A program made the translations under genes and the position numbers. A stretch of 52,637 bases of DNA from Paramecium tetraurelia. Taxonomy: Eukaryota. This document shows, one piece after another, positions 36,783 to 51,199 of the stretch. Location: contig CT867999.1 of the NCBI GenBank assembly GCA_000165425.1, positions 248,001 to 300,637 on the forward strand, in the 5' to 3' direction. The notes under the pieces were generated by a model that searched no databases, had not been told where the DNA came from, and worked only from the letters and a program-made list of their open reading frames with translations. Each line of letters starts with the position of its first letter. Position 1 is the first letter of the stretch.

Positions 36783-38091
36783 ATGAATTACAACTCATAT
36801 TAATCGTATAAACCGTATTCTAGAAATCAGCAATAAACCTACCATAATAATCAAATACTCTCATACGTGGAGTAGGTTCTCCAGAAATCTAGAACCAATT
36901 ACACTTAACACAAGATACCTGAATCAAACCTCAAATCCAATTCAAATTTGCAAAATATCAACACTGATCCTGATGGCAAAGCTATTTTGAATTCCCCCAA
37001 AATAACACCACAAGAATTGAAAATCGCTTAGAAATAAGACACTACTCCAATTAAAACTATTCCCCTTCATCAATCATAATAAAATATAGACAGATAACCA
37101 TTAATTCCGTTAATTCCGCTTATGTAAAATTTAAAAGAATAGTTTAAATAAGTAAACTGTATTTCTTAACTTAGAAATAAGCCTTTTAATAACAGAGTCC
37201 ACCCAAAAAGACTGAAGAACGCTTCAAGAATTTTAAAATAATAAAGAAACTCGGGGATGGCAAATACAGTGAAGTGTTTCTAGCAAGACATTTGTAAACT
37301 GGATTTTTGGTTGCATTAAAAGTTATCCAAAAAAAATAAATGATAGAAGAAATCATGGAAGCCTAATTGGCTTGGGAGATAAAAATCCAGTATTTACTTG
37401 ATCACCCAAATATCACTAAATTATACACCTTTTTTTAAACTTGTAATAACTCATTCATTATCTCATTAGAAACTGAAATCGTTTTGGTTCTAGAGTACTG
37501 TTCACATGGCCAATTGCTCGGTCTACTCTAAAAATAACAAAATCAAAGATTTCAAGAAAAAGAAGCCTCTAATTATGTTCACTAAATCACCTTCGCATTA
37601 ATGTATATACATAATAATGATGTTATTCATCGAGATATTAAACCAGATAATATTCTCTTGAGTTTTGGCTAAGCTAAAATTGCTGATTTTTCATTCTGCG
37701 TCTACTCTCCTCATGCTTATAGATAAACGCAATGTGGAACTATCATTTATGCTTCACCTGAAATCCTGGAAGGAGATATGTACGACAAAAAAAGTGATAT
37801 TTGGGGTTTGGGTGTCTTAACATATGAATTATGTTTTGGTAAACCTCCATGGAAAGAGCACTAACAAGAATTAATGAAAACTGTAAGTCACATTTTACAA
37901 CTCTTATTTAGGCTTGCTTTTTGATACCGTCGTCAGCATCCAAGGAGCTGAGAGAGTTCATTGAAAGTTTAGTTAAAAGATTATCCAGAGAAAGATTAAC
38001 CGCAAAGCAGGCATACAATCACTCATGGTTATAATAAACTTAACAAGCGCTACCATAGTTTATCCAATAAAATGTAACCATATTTAATTGA
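36783..38091 (+). CDS. Aurora-like Ser/Thr kinase
   Basis: FKIIKKLGDGKYSEVFLARH..GFLVALKVIQK, QLAWEIKIQYLLDHPNI, IHRDIKPDNILL, IADFS, RQTQCGTIIYASPE. Confidence 0.88.
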
Positions 38092-38126
38092 TGTTTTTTT
38101 ACTAAGACTTTACAAAAACATAAATT

Positions 38127-38735
38127 TCATAAGTTTTCCATAAACTTTTAAGCTCTTTGGGTGTTTTTCATTGATTACACTCTATCATGTTCTCTTAAAT
38201 GTTTTGTTAATTCATCTGTAGTAACAAATCTCATCTTACAATTACTAAATCCGCAACTATATGGCTTTGCTATCTTAATATACTATCCATTTACTAATTC
38301 AATTTAATATCTAAATCAAATGAAAAGCTACTTACTCTTCTCTTTTGTTGTCCTCTTGCACCGTATTTATTGCAGCTGATAATAATATAGCATCCCTCCC
38401 TGATTTATCTATTTTCTTTAATTGAGTATTGGCATGTTAAACTTCATTCTTATCCATCCTATCATTTGTTCTACGATTTTCAAATAGCATTGATCCAAGG
38501 GCAAATTTATTTACTTTATACGGTCGTGTAGTCGATCTAATTACTACATTCATTACTGATCTTGAATAGCAGAGTCAACAGTCTTTTCTTTATTAAATTA
38601 ATTGGATTTGGATTTCTACGATTTTGATTCTGATCTAGATCGAGATCTAGATCTAGATTTGGAAGATTTCGAAGATGAAGATGATGATGAGGAATGATGT
38701 TTCTTTTTATGGTGTTTCTTTGATTTCTTTTTCAT
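38127..38735 (-). CDS. Small nuclear-type protein with a K/H/S- and RS-rich N-terminus and one C2H2 zinc finger
   Basis: MKKKSKKHHKKKHHSSSSSSSSKSSKSRSRSRSRSES...KPYSCGFSNCKMRFVTTDELTKHLREH; short introns. Confidence 0.8.
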
Positions 38736-38928
38736 TTTTATATTATTTTATAAAATTTAATTATCTCTTTCATTTTGCTTATAATTAAATTCTCTAAATA
38801 TAATTAGCATTTTTAAGAACTATTGTAATCCATATGGAATCCTTAAAAAGAATGTGAACTATATTAATAAGCAATATTATTCGTAAAGATATAATTTTTT
38901 AAATTAGCATATAATAAACATCACCATT

Positions 38929-40197
38929 TCATTATATATGCAGAATTCCTGTCAATATATTGTAATTTTTGAATTTGGGTTTTGATTGCTAGTTCGAGGA
39001 ATCTGTAAACTCAATTGGTTGAGGTAGTGATTTCTTTGATTATTTAGATTTCGGAGTTTAGGCTTTACTTTGATGTATTTATGAGTAGCCTGGACCCTCT
39101 TGATGTACGGGGTTTATGAACTATTTCGATTTCTTTGATTGTTTAGATTGTTTTGATGATTACGAGAGCGGTGTCTTCAATGGTGTTTGTGCAAGTTACT
39201 GCGGTTTCAAAATTTGATTTGAAATTTGGTTTGGATTATAGGTCTACTCTTGTTGTAGTTGCTATTACATTTTCTAATATTTTAGCATGTCTTAATCAAG
39301 CAAATGCAATTATTTATTCCTTTCTTATGCTTAGTAATTATCTGAATAAATTTGAGGCAGTTTCTATTGACTATTATCATTTAGTTTAATGTTGTATGAT
39401 TATAAGGATGGATTGTGGCCCAGTTATTTCCTTTAGTTTGATAATTCATAATTTTCATTTTCATATTGTTTATGCATATTGTAATCCTTTAATTTGTTTT
39501 CTAATATCTTCTGTTTTTCAAAGGCAATCTTTTATTCCACTCTTAGTCTTTCTTCTTGTTTTTTGGCTTGAATTTCCAGTATTTTTCTTTTCTTTTCCTC
39601 CAATTACTTGTTTAATTCATTTTAGTAAGATTATGCATCTCCTCTCTAAGCTTGAGCCAATTGATCGGGATCAGTTTCTTATACTTTTAATAACTTTGAT
39701 TTGATTTGTTACTTCTGGTTCAATTTTTGTTGGATGACAGAATCATAATTTTCGCGTAGTTTTCTTGATTCTTCATCTTTGAGAATTTTGATTCTTTCTA
39801 AACTTTTAATCTCTTTTAATTTCTCTTACTTGATATCCTCTTATTCGAGTAATAAACTCTGATATGACCTCTCTTAGTTCATTTTTTTTCGAATTAATAA
39901 ATGATTGAGATTGTCTAAACTAGTTTCAATTTGTTTAATTTTTCTTTGTTCCATTTCTTTTAATTTCTTAGATTCTCTCTACCTAAGAGTTTCTAACATC
40001 TAAGATTCTAAATGCTAGTCTTATTGATGTTAAATTATTTTTTATTATTATTTCAATTTCATGTCTGTTTCCAATTCTTCCTTGTATCTTTGCTTCCTCT
40101 ACTATTAATCATATTTTTATTGATTCTCATTTAGTACTTTTTCAGCCATTTATTTCTGAACCATCCCAGCCCACTAATGAGACAGTTATTATGTCAT
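38929..40197 (-). CDS. Q/E/K-rich coiled-coil protein
   Basis: ATG at 40197 (MTQQLSHQWAGMVQKQ...), long charged/Gln-rich frame, ends PKFKNYNILTGILHIQ-TGA. Confidence 0.7.
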
Positions 40198-40477
40198 TTC
40201 TAACACTTTTAGAATTAGTTATTATTATTATTTTAGTAAATAATTAAAAAGATTCCTTCGTAAAATTAATAATAAAATAGAATGATTCTATTTCTTGTTA
40301 ACTAAAAATATATCATAGAATTTAATTCTTAAACCTGATAAAATAATTAAGAGTGAGTTTTGTTTAAAAACAGTTATAATTTTTATATTTTATTCTAATA
40401 TTTTGTCATTAAATTATAAAGATGTATAAATGTTTAATAAACAACAATTTGTGTTAAATTAGATAAGATTTTAACAA

Positions 40478-43400
40478 TCACTTAAAAATTTTGGTATTGA
40501 TTAATTCTCTTTTTACATTTGCCATGATCTTTTCATAGTCAGATGGATCATATTTCTTTAATATCTTTTAGGCTAAAAAACAAGGTGACCAACTGACCAA
40601 TACAATTACAATGACATAAAAGAAGAATTAAAAAGTCATAGCTGAAACCAATAGTTGATTTGGGAACCACATGATGGACAAAATATATATGAAGGCAGAT
40701 GCAATATTCGATATGATCATTACAATGTGCAAAGAATGCAACTAAAATATTACACTCTAAAATTACTTCACTCAATGTTAGAGCATATTGATTAAAAATA
40801 AGGGCTGTAAAAGCTACAGTTTCAATTTCCAAGAAGATATTCTTAAACATAGCCAGAGCCAAAATCATAATTATAACTCCCTGGAATATAGATTTCCAAA
40901 CCCAAACCATAAATGTCTTGGCATTGAGATCTCTACCTTTCTGTAAAGACCTATAAAGTGGAGGATATTAAAGTGCTATTTTAATGTCAACATCTTCATC
41001 AAATATAATTGAAAATACTGGAAACATTCTAGCCTTTAATAAATATAGATACGTGTAAATTGTAGAATAACCAAGTAATAATCCGCCACTAAAGATGCTG
41101 ATAGACAAAAAGTAGAACACAAACATAAAAACAGCTTGAATAACTGAAATGATTAATCCTCTATGAATAACAAATTATGATAATAAGGCACTCCTTTTGT
41201 ATGATAATCTTCCATGCCAGAGTAAGAGAACATTCAAATATTTGAATTTGATTATCGAAAAATCAGATGCCAATGCAGCCTATTTCCCTTCTTTACCTTC
41301 AATTCCAATTCCAACATCTGCTGATTAAATCATACCAACGTCATTTCCTCCATCTCTAATTTGATTATAATTATGATATCATACCCAATACATGCAACTA
41401 CCTTCTTCGTATAGAACTTGATGCACTCTGTAACTTATGCTTTTTGAGTTGGAGAACAACGACAACAAACTACTGATAAACTCTTAGTGGCAATAGTGAA
41501 AAATAATTCCTCAAAATATGTTAGAGCAGTATTTAAACTAGTTCCATCAATTACGAGTAAATGATTATTAGTATCAACACCAAATGTATTAATTTGTTAT
41601 TAAAATTTCTCAGGGTCGGAAGTCTCCTTGATTAAAAATATCTATTAGGTTGGTGACTTTATTCCACTAGATATTGCTATACATATTGCAGTTTCAATCT
41701 TATCTCCTGTTAACATCCACACATTTACACCTGCATTTCTAACATTTTCCAAAGTAGAACAAACATCTTCTTGTAATTTGTCTTCTACACCAGTAATGCC
41801 TAGAAATTCCATATCTTTTTCTAACAATGAAATTGCCTTCTAAATTGAGGTTTCCCTATTTTCTATTTACTCATTTGCCTAATCAAATTTCATCTTCCAA
41901 TTTTCATATTCTTATTTTGTAAGTAATTTTTAAGTGATCACAAGTGTTCTAAACCCTTCTCTTGCTAAGTTCTCACATTCCTCATCTATGAATCCTCTTT
42001 AATGTTCTTAGACCAATGATTTCATTACTGCATCTGCTCCTTTTACATAGAATATATATCTATCTGCTTCTCTATTATATAAGATGATGCCCATTCTTTT
42101 TGTCTCACTTGAAAATGGGAAGTTGTTTAAGATTTCATACTTTTGTTTCCTTTATATGCAATCCTTTATTGTAATTTGAATCTAATCTCTTGATAATAAT
42201 TCAATTCCTATTTCTTCTGCTATCTTCACAAGTGCAATTTCATCAGGAGATGAAGCTTAAAAGGTCTTTGGATTCTCTCCATCGTATATAGGAGTCACGT
42301 TATGACACAAACATAATGCAAACATTAAATCTCTAAACACTTAATCTCTTTCTCTTTTTAGTCTTAATTTAGAGTTATTTTTATTCAAAAAGTTTACTAC
42401 ATCCTATAAAGGGTATTCATTTAATTTGCATTATTCAATGAGTATTTTTTTCATTTCTTCTTTGTCTTCCTCTGAAAATTGAGCTGAAGCCAAAGATAAT
42501 TTTTTAAAGATCATATCATTTTAGGTCAAAGTGCCTGTTTTGTCACTTAATAAATATTGAATTCTGCCTAGTGATTCTGGGATATTTGAATTCCTCGTTA
42601 TGGTTCCTTCAATTTATGGGTCAATATTTATCTTATATGAATAAACTAATTTGGCAAATTCTAAGTTTACTCTCATAGATATCTATATTTGAATGAAATC
42701 TTTACAGGTATAATATTACTCAGCAAAACTAAGTATCTTATATATGCTACTGTAACAACGCTGGCTGTTGCTGGTTAACCACTAAAAGCAGTAACTATCC
42801 CTGCCATTATAGACATCATAACGAATAACAAAAAGCTTAACCAATTTATTTCATCTAGAATTTATATTTATTTATGTACCATCAAGAATACCAAATTTTG
42901 TTTTTGGAGTCTTACTATTCATTGCCATTCGTGTTTCCTTACCATTCAATATTACTAATCCATATATCCTGCCTGTTGCAAGAACTGTGTTTGCCCACAT
43001 TACATGTTCTAAGGATAAGGATTCCTTTTGATATCTATAATTGAACAACCCAGAAAATTAATAGATGTTTGCTATAGGTTCCTGACATGTAGCATAACTA
43101 TTTTAGGATATCAATGAACTAGGATCTGCCCCATTTTTAATCAAATTTTAAGTTGCTTTTACTGCTTTTCGTAATTTCCAATCAGTCTCACCATCGAGTT
43201 AATCAGTTCTAATAAAGACGTTTCCTTATTCATCACTTAAATAATATTTTTCTCTTTTTACTCAGCATATAATACTAGTAAATCTGCAGGTATTCTCTCA
43301 TTACATTTAACTTCTACTATTTGGCCTACTTTAATGTTCCCACTAGTAATTTTTTGAATTCCATTTTCTGTTATTAATCCGTATTCATAATTATTTATTT

Positions 43401-43887
43401 GGTGATCCCTCATGTGTCTTTGAATGTCGTCGTACAATTCCTTCAGTAAAGATATTGCAACTACCAAAGCAAGTGGTCCTAAATAATCAATTAAAAATCC
43501 TTTAATAGCATGTGATTATACCAACTTTTAAGAAACTTATGCATTAAGTTATTGTTAAACCTAAATAAAATAAGTTTATAAATTAATGGAATTGTTCAAA
43601 CAAAACTAAGGGTAAAAATGTAAATGCATTGTATTTTGAGTTTTTTATGAAATTGTTCTATTTATTAATTGGATTCACTTTCCCATCCAAGTACACATCT
43701 CTCTGGCACTTTTGTATTTATATTCCGAACACAAAGTCCTTGAATTGATCAAACTTGTCTTCCTATTCAATTACGACATTTTCTTTTGTTTCTTCAATTG
43801 AAAAGGGCTCAAATCTTTATTTCAACAAAGGTGAGCGATTCTCTTACTAAATTTTGTCATTTAATAAATTACCTGTTCGCTTTCCAT
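40478..43887 (-). CDS. ATP9: P4-ATPase phospholipid flippase, ATP9/Neo1 class
   Basis: [40 protein letters not shown] (phosphorylation site), [50 protein letters not shown]. Confidence 0.95.
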
Positions 43888-44719
43888 ATAAATTTAATAA
43901 TAGTTTTTTCTTAATTTTTTTTGAGATAATAGGCGATTTTCCTAAAATTTATTAAACTAAAATTGTCAAATTAGAATCCGAAAATTTCTGAGATTTTTAT
44001 TTAATACCAATAAAAATAACTTTTCTAAATAAATAAACTATAAATCAACGAAAAAGATTAAGCAAAAAAATTGATGGGTTAAACGAATAATAAACAGAAT
44101 TTTGGCTACAGCTTAGAGGTGTTTTATTCATTCATTTCTAATCCTACCATTAATTTATTTTACCAAGTTATATATAATGGCCTTTTAAATCAATACAATA
44201 GAAAACAAATGTACCTCAATATAAGAAATTTACTTAATTCTCTTGTTTCTCCTAACATGTCATGTATTTGTTTCTTTCTACGTTCTAAATTTACCAAAAC
44301 TTTGAAAAACTGATCATTAGTAAATTTCCAAACACATATTTCAAGCCTATAGTATAAAAATCATTATATTTTCTTGAAATACTAATGTAAAAGCAAAGTT
44401 TTATTAAAGATAATTTTAATAATTAAAGGTTCAAGTTATATAAAAATATTTTAGATATATTGGAGAGCTGAATAAATCAATTTAGTTTTATTTCAATAAT
44501 ATGTATATATTATGATGTACATTTATTCCATACTTTTAATTCAGTTCTTGTCATTAAATGGTAAAATTTGATTATTCTTTGACATCTTGTAAATTTTCTA
44601 CCAAATTAATATTTCTTAAATGAAGAATCAATATAGAATTCTTATTCTATTTTTAATTTCTATTAATCAATTTTTATAATTACCAAGAACTGTAAATAAA
44701 TGATTAAATAAATTAATAA

Positions 44720-46954
44720 ATGATATAAGAAGAAGGAATTGAAAAGGAATGCATTAAAAATGATCATAAGGGTTGTTAAATCGTCGCCGTTGAACTTTCA
44801 GAGGAATTAAATAAAGAAAATCATCAAAAAAAATATTATTGTGTTAAATGTTTAATTGACAAAATTGGAGTTAAAAAGATTGTTCCATATGATGATGAAG
44901 CAAAAAATAAGGCTAAATCTGAAGAGTTAAAAAAGAATGCAGTCTAACTGTTAGAGAGAAATTAAAAACTAATATTAGCAGTCAAATCAATAGAGCAAAT
45001 TGGTTTAACACAATTTGAAGAATTGAAGAAATAGTTAGAAATACAAATTAATAATTAATAGAAAAAATTGATATCAATTATAGAGATTACCACTACAAAC
45101 TCAGATTTAGAGCTTGTTTCGGCTTTTTATTAAGAGGATGGTGGGCTTGCAAGACATTCCCCCATTATAGATTATACTAAAATTACCGATTCCATAATCT
45201 AAATATAAACATTATTGTCATAATTAGAAAATTTTGAAAAATTGCAAGAAGCAGACCAAGAGAAAATGAAATTTGAATAGCAATGCTACAATGACTTACT
45301 AATTGATGAAAAAATAAAAGTAAGTATATAATTTATTTTTAGAGAACTCCAGCGTTAAATTTGATGTGTGAAAATCATAAGATGGAGATTATTATGTTTA
45401 ATTTAAATCAAACAGATCTTGAAAAAACAAATCCTTTGTTGTGTGTTGAATGCACATAAGATCTTATAACAAGAGGTAATAATGCTGTTTTTAATGTTAT
45501 ATCATTAAAAAAGGCTGAAGAAAAATGGAATGAATACATTAAAGATCAGTGTGAAAAAAGATTATAAAGGTAATCAAGACTTAATTAAGCTATTGGACTC
45601 ATTAAAAAATTATAAGAAAAGTATAATTAGGAATTGAATAAAATGATTTAATCTTCAAATGACCAGTTAAAGAAAGAACCAAAGGAATACGAATAAATTA
45701 TGAAATTGAAAGATACTAGATTATAGAATTAAAAGAAACAAAGTCTTTATGAAATTATTAAAATTCTTGGTTAAACAGATTAATAAAAAAAGTAAGAATA
45801 AATTTCAAATTAAGAAGATTCAAAATTTTACAATAGTCAAAAGAAAGTATTAGATGAATTAATTAAAGAAAACTTACTTGTTGAAAATTAAATTTAGTGG
45901 CTGTAAAACTTTGATACATGTATAATATTATAATTATTTAGAACCAAAAAGATCAAATGATTCAGAAAATGAATAAGAATTAGTAGAATTTCTTAAAAAA
46001 TCAACTATTCAAGATTTATATTTATCATTCTTTGAAATGTCATTTAACTCTTTAAGTTCTTTCAAAAAAGAAGAACAGGAATTATAACAAAAAGGAAAAC
46101 TTACAAAGTTGTAATAATAAGATTTGGAAAATCAAAATGAAGCACTTTTGAATTAATAAAAATGGTATAAATTATTCTAAGAAAACTAAACTAAATTGGA
46201 AAGCTTTAAGAAGATCGATGAACTGTAAAGGACCTAATTATAATTAGATGAATTATTATTATAAGATAATTAGAAAAAATAGGAGTTGAAGAAATACTAA
46301 GAACTTGTTGAAAATTATAATGATTAATTATTGTCAGCAAAAGCTAAGTTTAAAGATTTTGATTGGCTTTCTGATAAAATTGGAGAATTAGAATAACTTT
46401 ATAAAATAGGAAAACATTCTTTTGTAAAAGGAGACACTTCATTATTAACCAAAGATTACGCATCTCAATTATATTAATACTTAGAGAAAAGAACTAATTA
46501 AAAAATAAAAAATAAATATTTGTTATATTCTTCAAAGAATCAGGGGTTATATACAGATATTTTTAACAAAAGCATAGATAAAATGTCTAATTTATTGTTT
46601 GTATTTAAGTCATATTCTGAATATATTTTTGGTGCATTTAGTCCTTGTTAATGTTTGATATAAAGTGGAGCATATCAAATAGATGAACAAGCATAATCAT
46701 TTTTATTTTCTTAAACCAACAACGAATTCTATCCTATATCAGATAAATCAAAAGCAATTTATTGTACAAAAGATCTATTAGTTTTTGGTTAAAGTGATCT
46801 TTTTATAAATTCAGGCTTTTAATCTGGATCATCACGATTAGGTGTATCATATTAATGTAATCAATATAATATACCTAATGTAAAAAATCGCCTATTTGGA
46901 TAACCTGAGCCAAATATCAAAATATGCGAAGTTATCATGTTAACATTTGTTTGA
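44720..46954 (+). CDS. Family copy C (the only copy intact as sequenced): Cys/His modules, coiled coil, TLDc
   Basis: Hand translation gives a continuous frame after removing introns 45320-45342 and 45920-45941. Motifs: CIKNDH...YCVKC, CENH...LCVEC, TLDc SNLLFVFKSYSEYIFGAFSPC...RLFGQPEPNIKICEVIMLTFV-TGA. Confidence 0.9.
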
Positions 46955-47404
46955 AATATTATTTATAATCAATCATATCAAATTATAAAATCAGTTTTAT
47001 TTAACAATTTAAATCAAAATGCCCTTCCTATTATATAATTTGAATATCCTACTATTATATTAATTAATTTATTATAATCAGGGATTTTAGTTACATTAAC
47101 TTATCATCATTTTTTCTATTTTCTATAATAATAATAACAAAATATTCATCTATTTATTATTTTAAGAGTCCATCAGAATGAATATACAAATGACTGCATA
47201 TTATTTATTTAGTATCATTATCTATGTTTTATTTTCATTATGCTCCTCTTCAAGGACTTCATTAACTTATAATTAAGAATGGCTTATCAGTTGAAAATCT
47301 AAACAAAAGTTCAAAAAAATTTTTTGTGAATTCCATAAATTTTTGATTTTATTATTTATTATAAATAATAGAATTTGAATCGATATATATTCAATAATTA
47401 AGAA

Positions 47405-48599
47405 ATGATATAAAAAGAAGAAGGAGTAAAGGAATGCATTAGAAATGACCATAAAGGGTTGTAAATTGTAGCTATTGACCTTTCGGAGGAATTTAATATA
47501 GAAAATGATTAAAAGAAATACTATTATTGTGTGAAATGTTTAATTGAGAAAATTGGAACTAAAAAGATTGTTCTATACGATGAAGCAAAAAATAAGGCAA
47601 AATCTATGAACGAAGAGTTAAAAAAGAGTGCATTTCAAACACGTCAATAAACAAAGGAGAGTTTTTAAAAACTATCGGAGGTGATAAAATTGATATAAGG
47701 AGAATATTAGACCAAGTTCGAGGATTTAAAGAAGCAGCTAGATTCATAAATAAATAATGAATAGAAAAAATTACAATCAGTACAAGAATCTGCTATCACA
47801 GATGATATTAAATTGTTGTCAAGTTGTTACTAGGAGGATGATAAAATAGCAAGTCATTCTCCCAATATAGATTATAAGGAAATTACAGAATTTTTAAGTT
47901 GAAATTAAAAAAATAATGTATTAATTTGAAAATTTTGAATAATTGCAAGATGTAGACAAAGAAATAACGACTATAGAATAGACATGCTCAATTAATTTAC
48001 ATATGGATGATAAACAAAAGAGAACTCCAGCTTTAAAGTTTATTTGCGAAAGTCATAAAATGGAGATTATTATATTTAATTTAGATCAAACAGAATTTGA
48101 ATAAACAAATCCTTTTTTATGTGTTGAATGTGCATAAGATCTATTAACTAGAGGTAATAAGGCTGTTGCTCATACAATATCTTTGAAGAGAGCTGACGAA
48201 AAATGGAATGAATACATTAAAGATCAGTGTGAAAAAAGATTATAAAGGTAATCAATATTTTATTCAGCTATTGGATTCATTACTAAATTATAAGAAAAGT
48301 ATAATTAGGTATTGAATAAAATGATTTAATCCTTTGATGACCAATTAAAAAAATACCCTAAAGAATATGAATAACTAATAAAATTGAAAGATACTCGATT
48401 ATGGAACTAAGATAAGCAAACCTTACATGAAATTATTAAAATTCTTGGTTAAACAGATTAATAACAAAAATAAGAATTAATTCAAAATTCAGAAGATTCA
48501 TAATTTTTTGATTGTCAAAAGAAAGTATTGGGAGAGTTAATTAAAGAAAACTTACTCTTAGAAAATTCTATTTAATAGCTCTAGAACCATCATTTATGA
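47405..48599 (+). pseudogene. Family copy D: frameshifted (TGA at 47900-47902) and truncated before the distal coiled coil and TLDc domain
   Basis: 5' half nearly identical to copy B; one extra base near 47897; homology to A/B/C ends at ~48590, followed by TGA at 48597-48599. Confidence 0.78.
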
Positions 48600-49419
48600 A
48601 TATTAATTCCATTTTTTTGGAAAAATTTTTCATTCAACAATTATCTTTCTATTTAAAAAAAATTATTCATTTTATTTGTGTAATTATTGGTATAAGTTTC
48701 ATTATTTATATAAAGAGATGAGTACTTTTGAGTTTATTCTTTATTTTCTAATAAATATTACTTTATAAACACATCAATAAAAAATATATAAAATAAAAAA
48801 CTAAATTATAAATTCTATAGAACAAAATTTAAAATTCACCGTCACACTGCTCTCTTTTTTTTCAATCAATACTTAAAGTTCAAATCAAAAATAAAAATTT
48901 TGATTAGGTTAAATAAATTGATCAGCTGTTAATAAATTGCAATTAATGAGTTATAATTGCCTAAGAAAACGAAAGAAATTTATTATAATTTTCTCTTAAG
49001 AATTATGTTGAAAAGTTCTTTAGGGCATTCAAATATTCATAAACTAATTGATTTATAATTATCTATAAACACAAAAATCTTACAAAAAATTCAAATCAAT
49101 TTAATTATCAAAGAAAAGTATTCAGGATTGCCTCCTTTAACGTATCAACACTAATCAGGAGTTATTGATCGAACTTTTTAGAATTTACTAACATATGATA
49201 AAACTATTTAAAGATTAATTTATTAGAAAAATACTATTTGTAAAATTAAAATAAATACTGGAATTTATTGTTTCAATAGGTGGTTCTATATATTTTCAGT
49301 ATAAATTAATAACCTTATGAGAAGGTATTTTAATTAGAATTAATCCTAACTAATTCTGGAAATTTAGTTTTTAAAATATTTGAATAAAAATTGATATACT
49401 CACTCATGGTATCACCAGA

Positions 49420-49569
49420 NNNNNNNNNNNNNNNNNNNNNNNNNNNNNNNNNNNNNNNNNNNNNNNNNNNNNNNNNNNNNNNNNNNNNNNNNNNNNNNNN
49501 NNNNNNNNNNNNNNNNNNNNNNNNNNNNNNNNNNNNNNNNNNNNNNNNNNNNNNNNNNNNNNNNNNNNN
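49420..49569. other. Assembly gap (150 N)
   Basis: Run of N characters. Confidence 1.
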
Positions 49570-49897
49570 AATTGATATAAAGATTAATAAAAATATTATT
49601 AATAAAAATTAGATTAGGAAATTTGAACTAATCAGGAATTGCTTATGACTTGCTAAAATTAAAAGAAAACTAGGTCAAATTACAATGAAGGAAATATCTA
49701 ATCTTAATGATGTAAAGCTGGTGAAATAAAATGCATAAGTCAGTAATTCATTTATTTTTAAAATGACAGCAATAGAAAAATAACAATAATAATGAAAGAA
49801 ATAATTAACAAAGCAAATTTAGGAAAGAATTTAATTTAGCTTTAAGTAGAATTTATTTTCATAAACTATCTATATATTTAATAATGTATAAAATAGT

Positions 49898-50460
49898 ATG
49901 AATCTATACAAAATTCCTTCTTTGGATGATAAAATAGGTAAACCAATTAATTGATGCTTCAGGTTCAATTAGAAATTGTTGGTAATGGTTGGCTAATTTT
50001 TGGAGTAAGAGTATTCCTAAGGATAATTCGATTGCCATTACATTCTCAAATTATCCTACAGTATTGAAAGGTGAGAAAGTAATTCATCAGGATATTTAAG
50101 AACATGGAGGAGGGGGAGCTTAAATTGTTCTCGCCTTTGTTGAATTTGAAAATCAATTAGCAAATATTTCTGTAAATTAAAAATTAACTGCGATATTCAT
50201 TAGTGACGGAGCGGATAGTATGGTAACGACTTTGGATAGAAAAATGAAACAGAATCTGTCAGGTAATTTGCTAAATCATCGAATCAATTTCATATGATTT
50301 GGGGTTGAATAAGGTTTTCCCACTAATCTAACCATGAATTTAAGATAATTATATCATAGAGGAGATCCTCAAATACCTGCTCTATATTTAATTGAATATT
50401 CAAGTGAGTTAGCTTTTTTCAACAAGTTTGAAACCATGAAGTTATATTTTCTTCCCGCTA
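49898..50460 (+). pseudogene. Degenerate von Willebrand factor A (vWA) domain gene fragment
   Basis: LIDASGSI (MIDAS DxSxS), HGGGGAQIVLAF, AIFISDGAD, then INFI-TGA-FGVEQGFPT (in-frame stop at 50295-50297 where Cys would fit). The upstream ATG is out of frame and the 3' part is missing. Confidence 0.75.
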
Positions 50461-51199
50461 GGTTTTTGTACTGGATTATTCACAAAAATTTATCACTTTA
50501 CTTTTTTCATTTCTTCGTATATAGAGAATAATCTCCACCAATACTGTTAGTCTATTACAGAAGAGCAAATCCATAAAAAGCATATTTAAAAAGGATAGTA
50601 AGTCCTATTAAAGGGTTCTTCTAATGATTATAAAATTGATTAATTCACCATAAAAATCAAATAAGATAATTAAGGGTTAAGTAGATCACATTTATTTATT
50701 ATTAAAACTAGTCATTTTTTCTCTTAACAGACGCTTCATATTGATTATGCTCGAGGCAAGAAAGTAAAGTTAAAAAACTACAGCTGTATTCTTATTATTA
50801 CATTTACTTCACCTAAACCAAATCTTTTTTATTTAATTTTCTTATAATATCTTAATAGATATTCAAATCAGCTTGTATTGAGGGTAGGATTATTGTATAA
50901 TTAAGGATTTCAGTTGAAATTAGATAATTAAGAGTCTTAAATTTCGCTGGTTCTAGGAATTCAATTTACAACTCATAAAACCAAGCGAGAGCTAGGCCTC
51001 TCTCACTTTATGATTTATATAAAGAAATATAACCTATTATGCTAAAAAGTTCCAGGACACATTAGGATTTAATATGGAGTAAGAGCACTTATGATCAAAA
51101 AGAATAGAATCGGCTTTCTCCCTAAATGAGTTTAAAGATCTGTCATGATCTTACCTTATTAACTTCAAAACAAAAGAAAAATCAACCTATAAAATTTAT

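Noticed and set aside
38630..38700. AGATCT/GAT short repeats as a repeat array
   Set aside because: They simply encode the Ser-run and RS dipeptides of the zinc-finger protein; there is no spacer-repeat structure, and no CRISPR, tRNA or rRNA was seen in the window.
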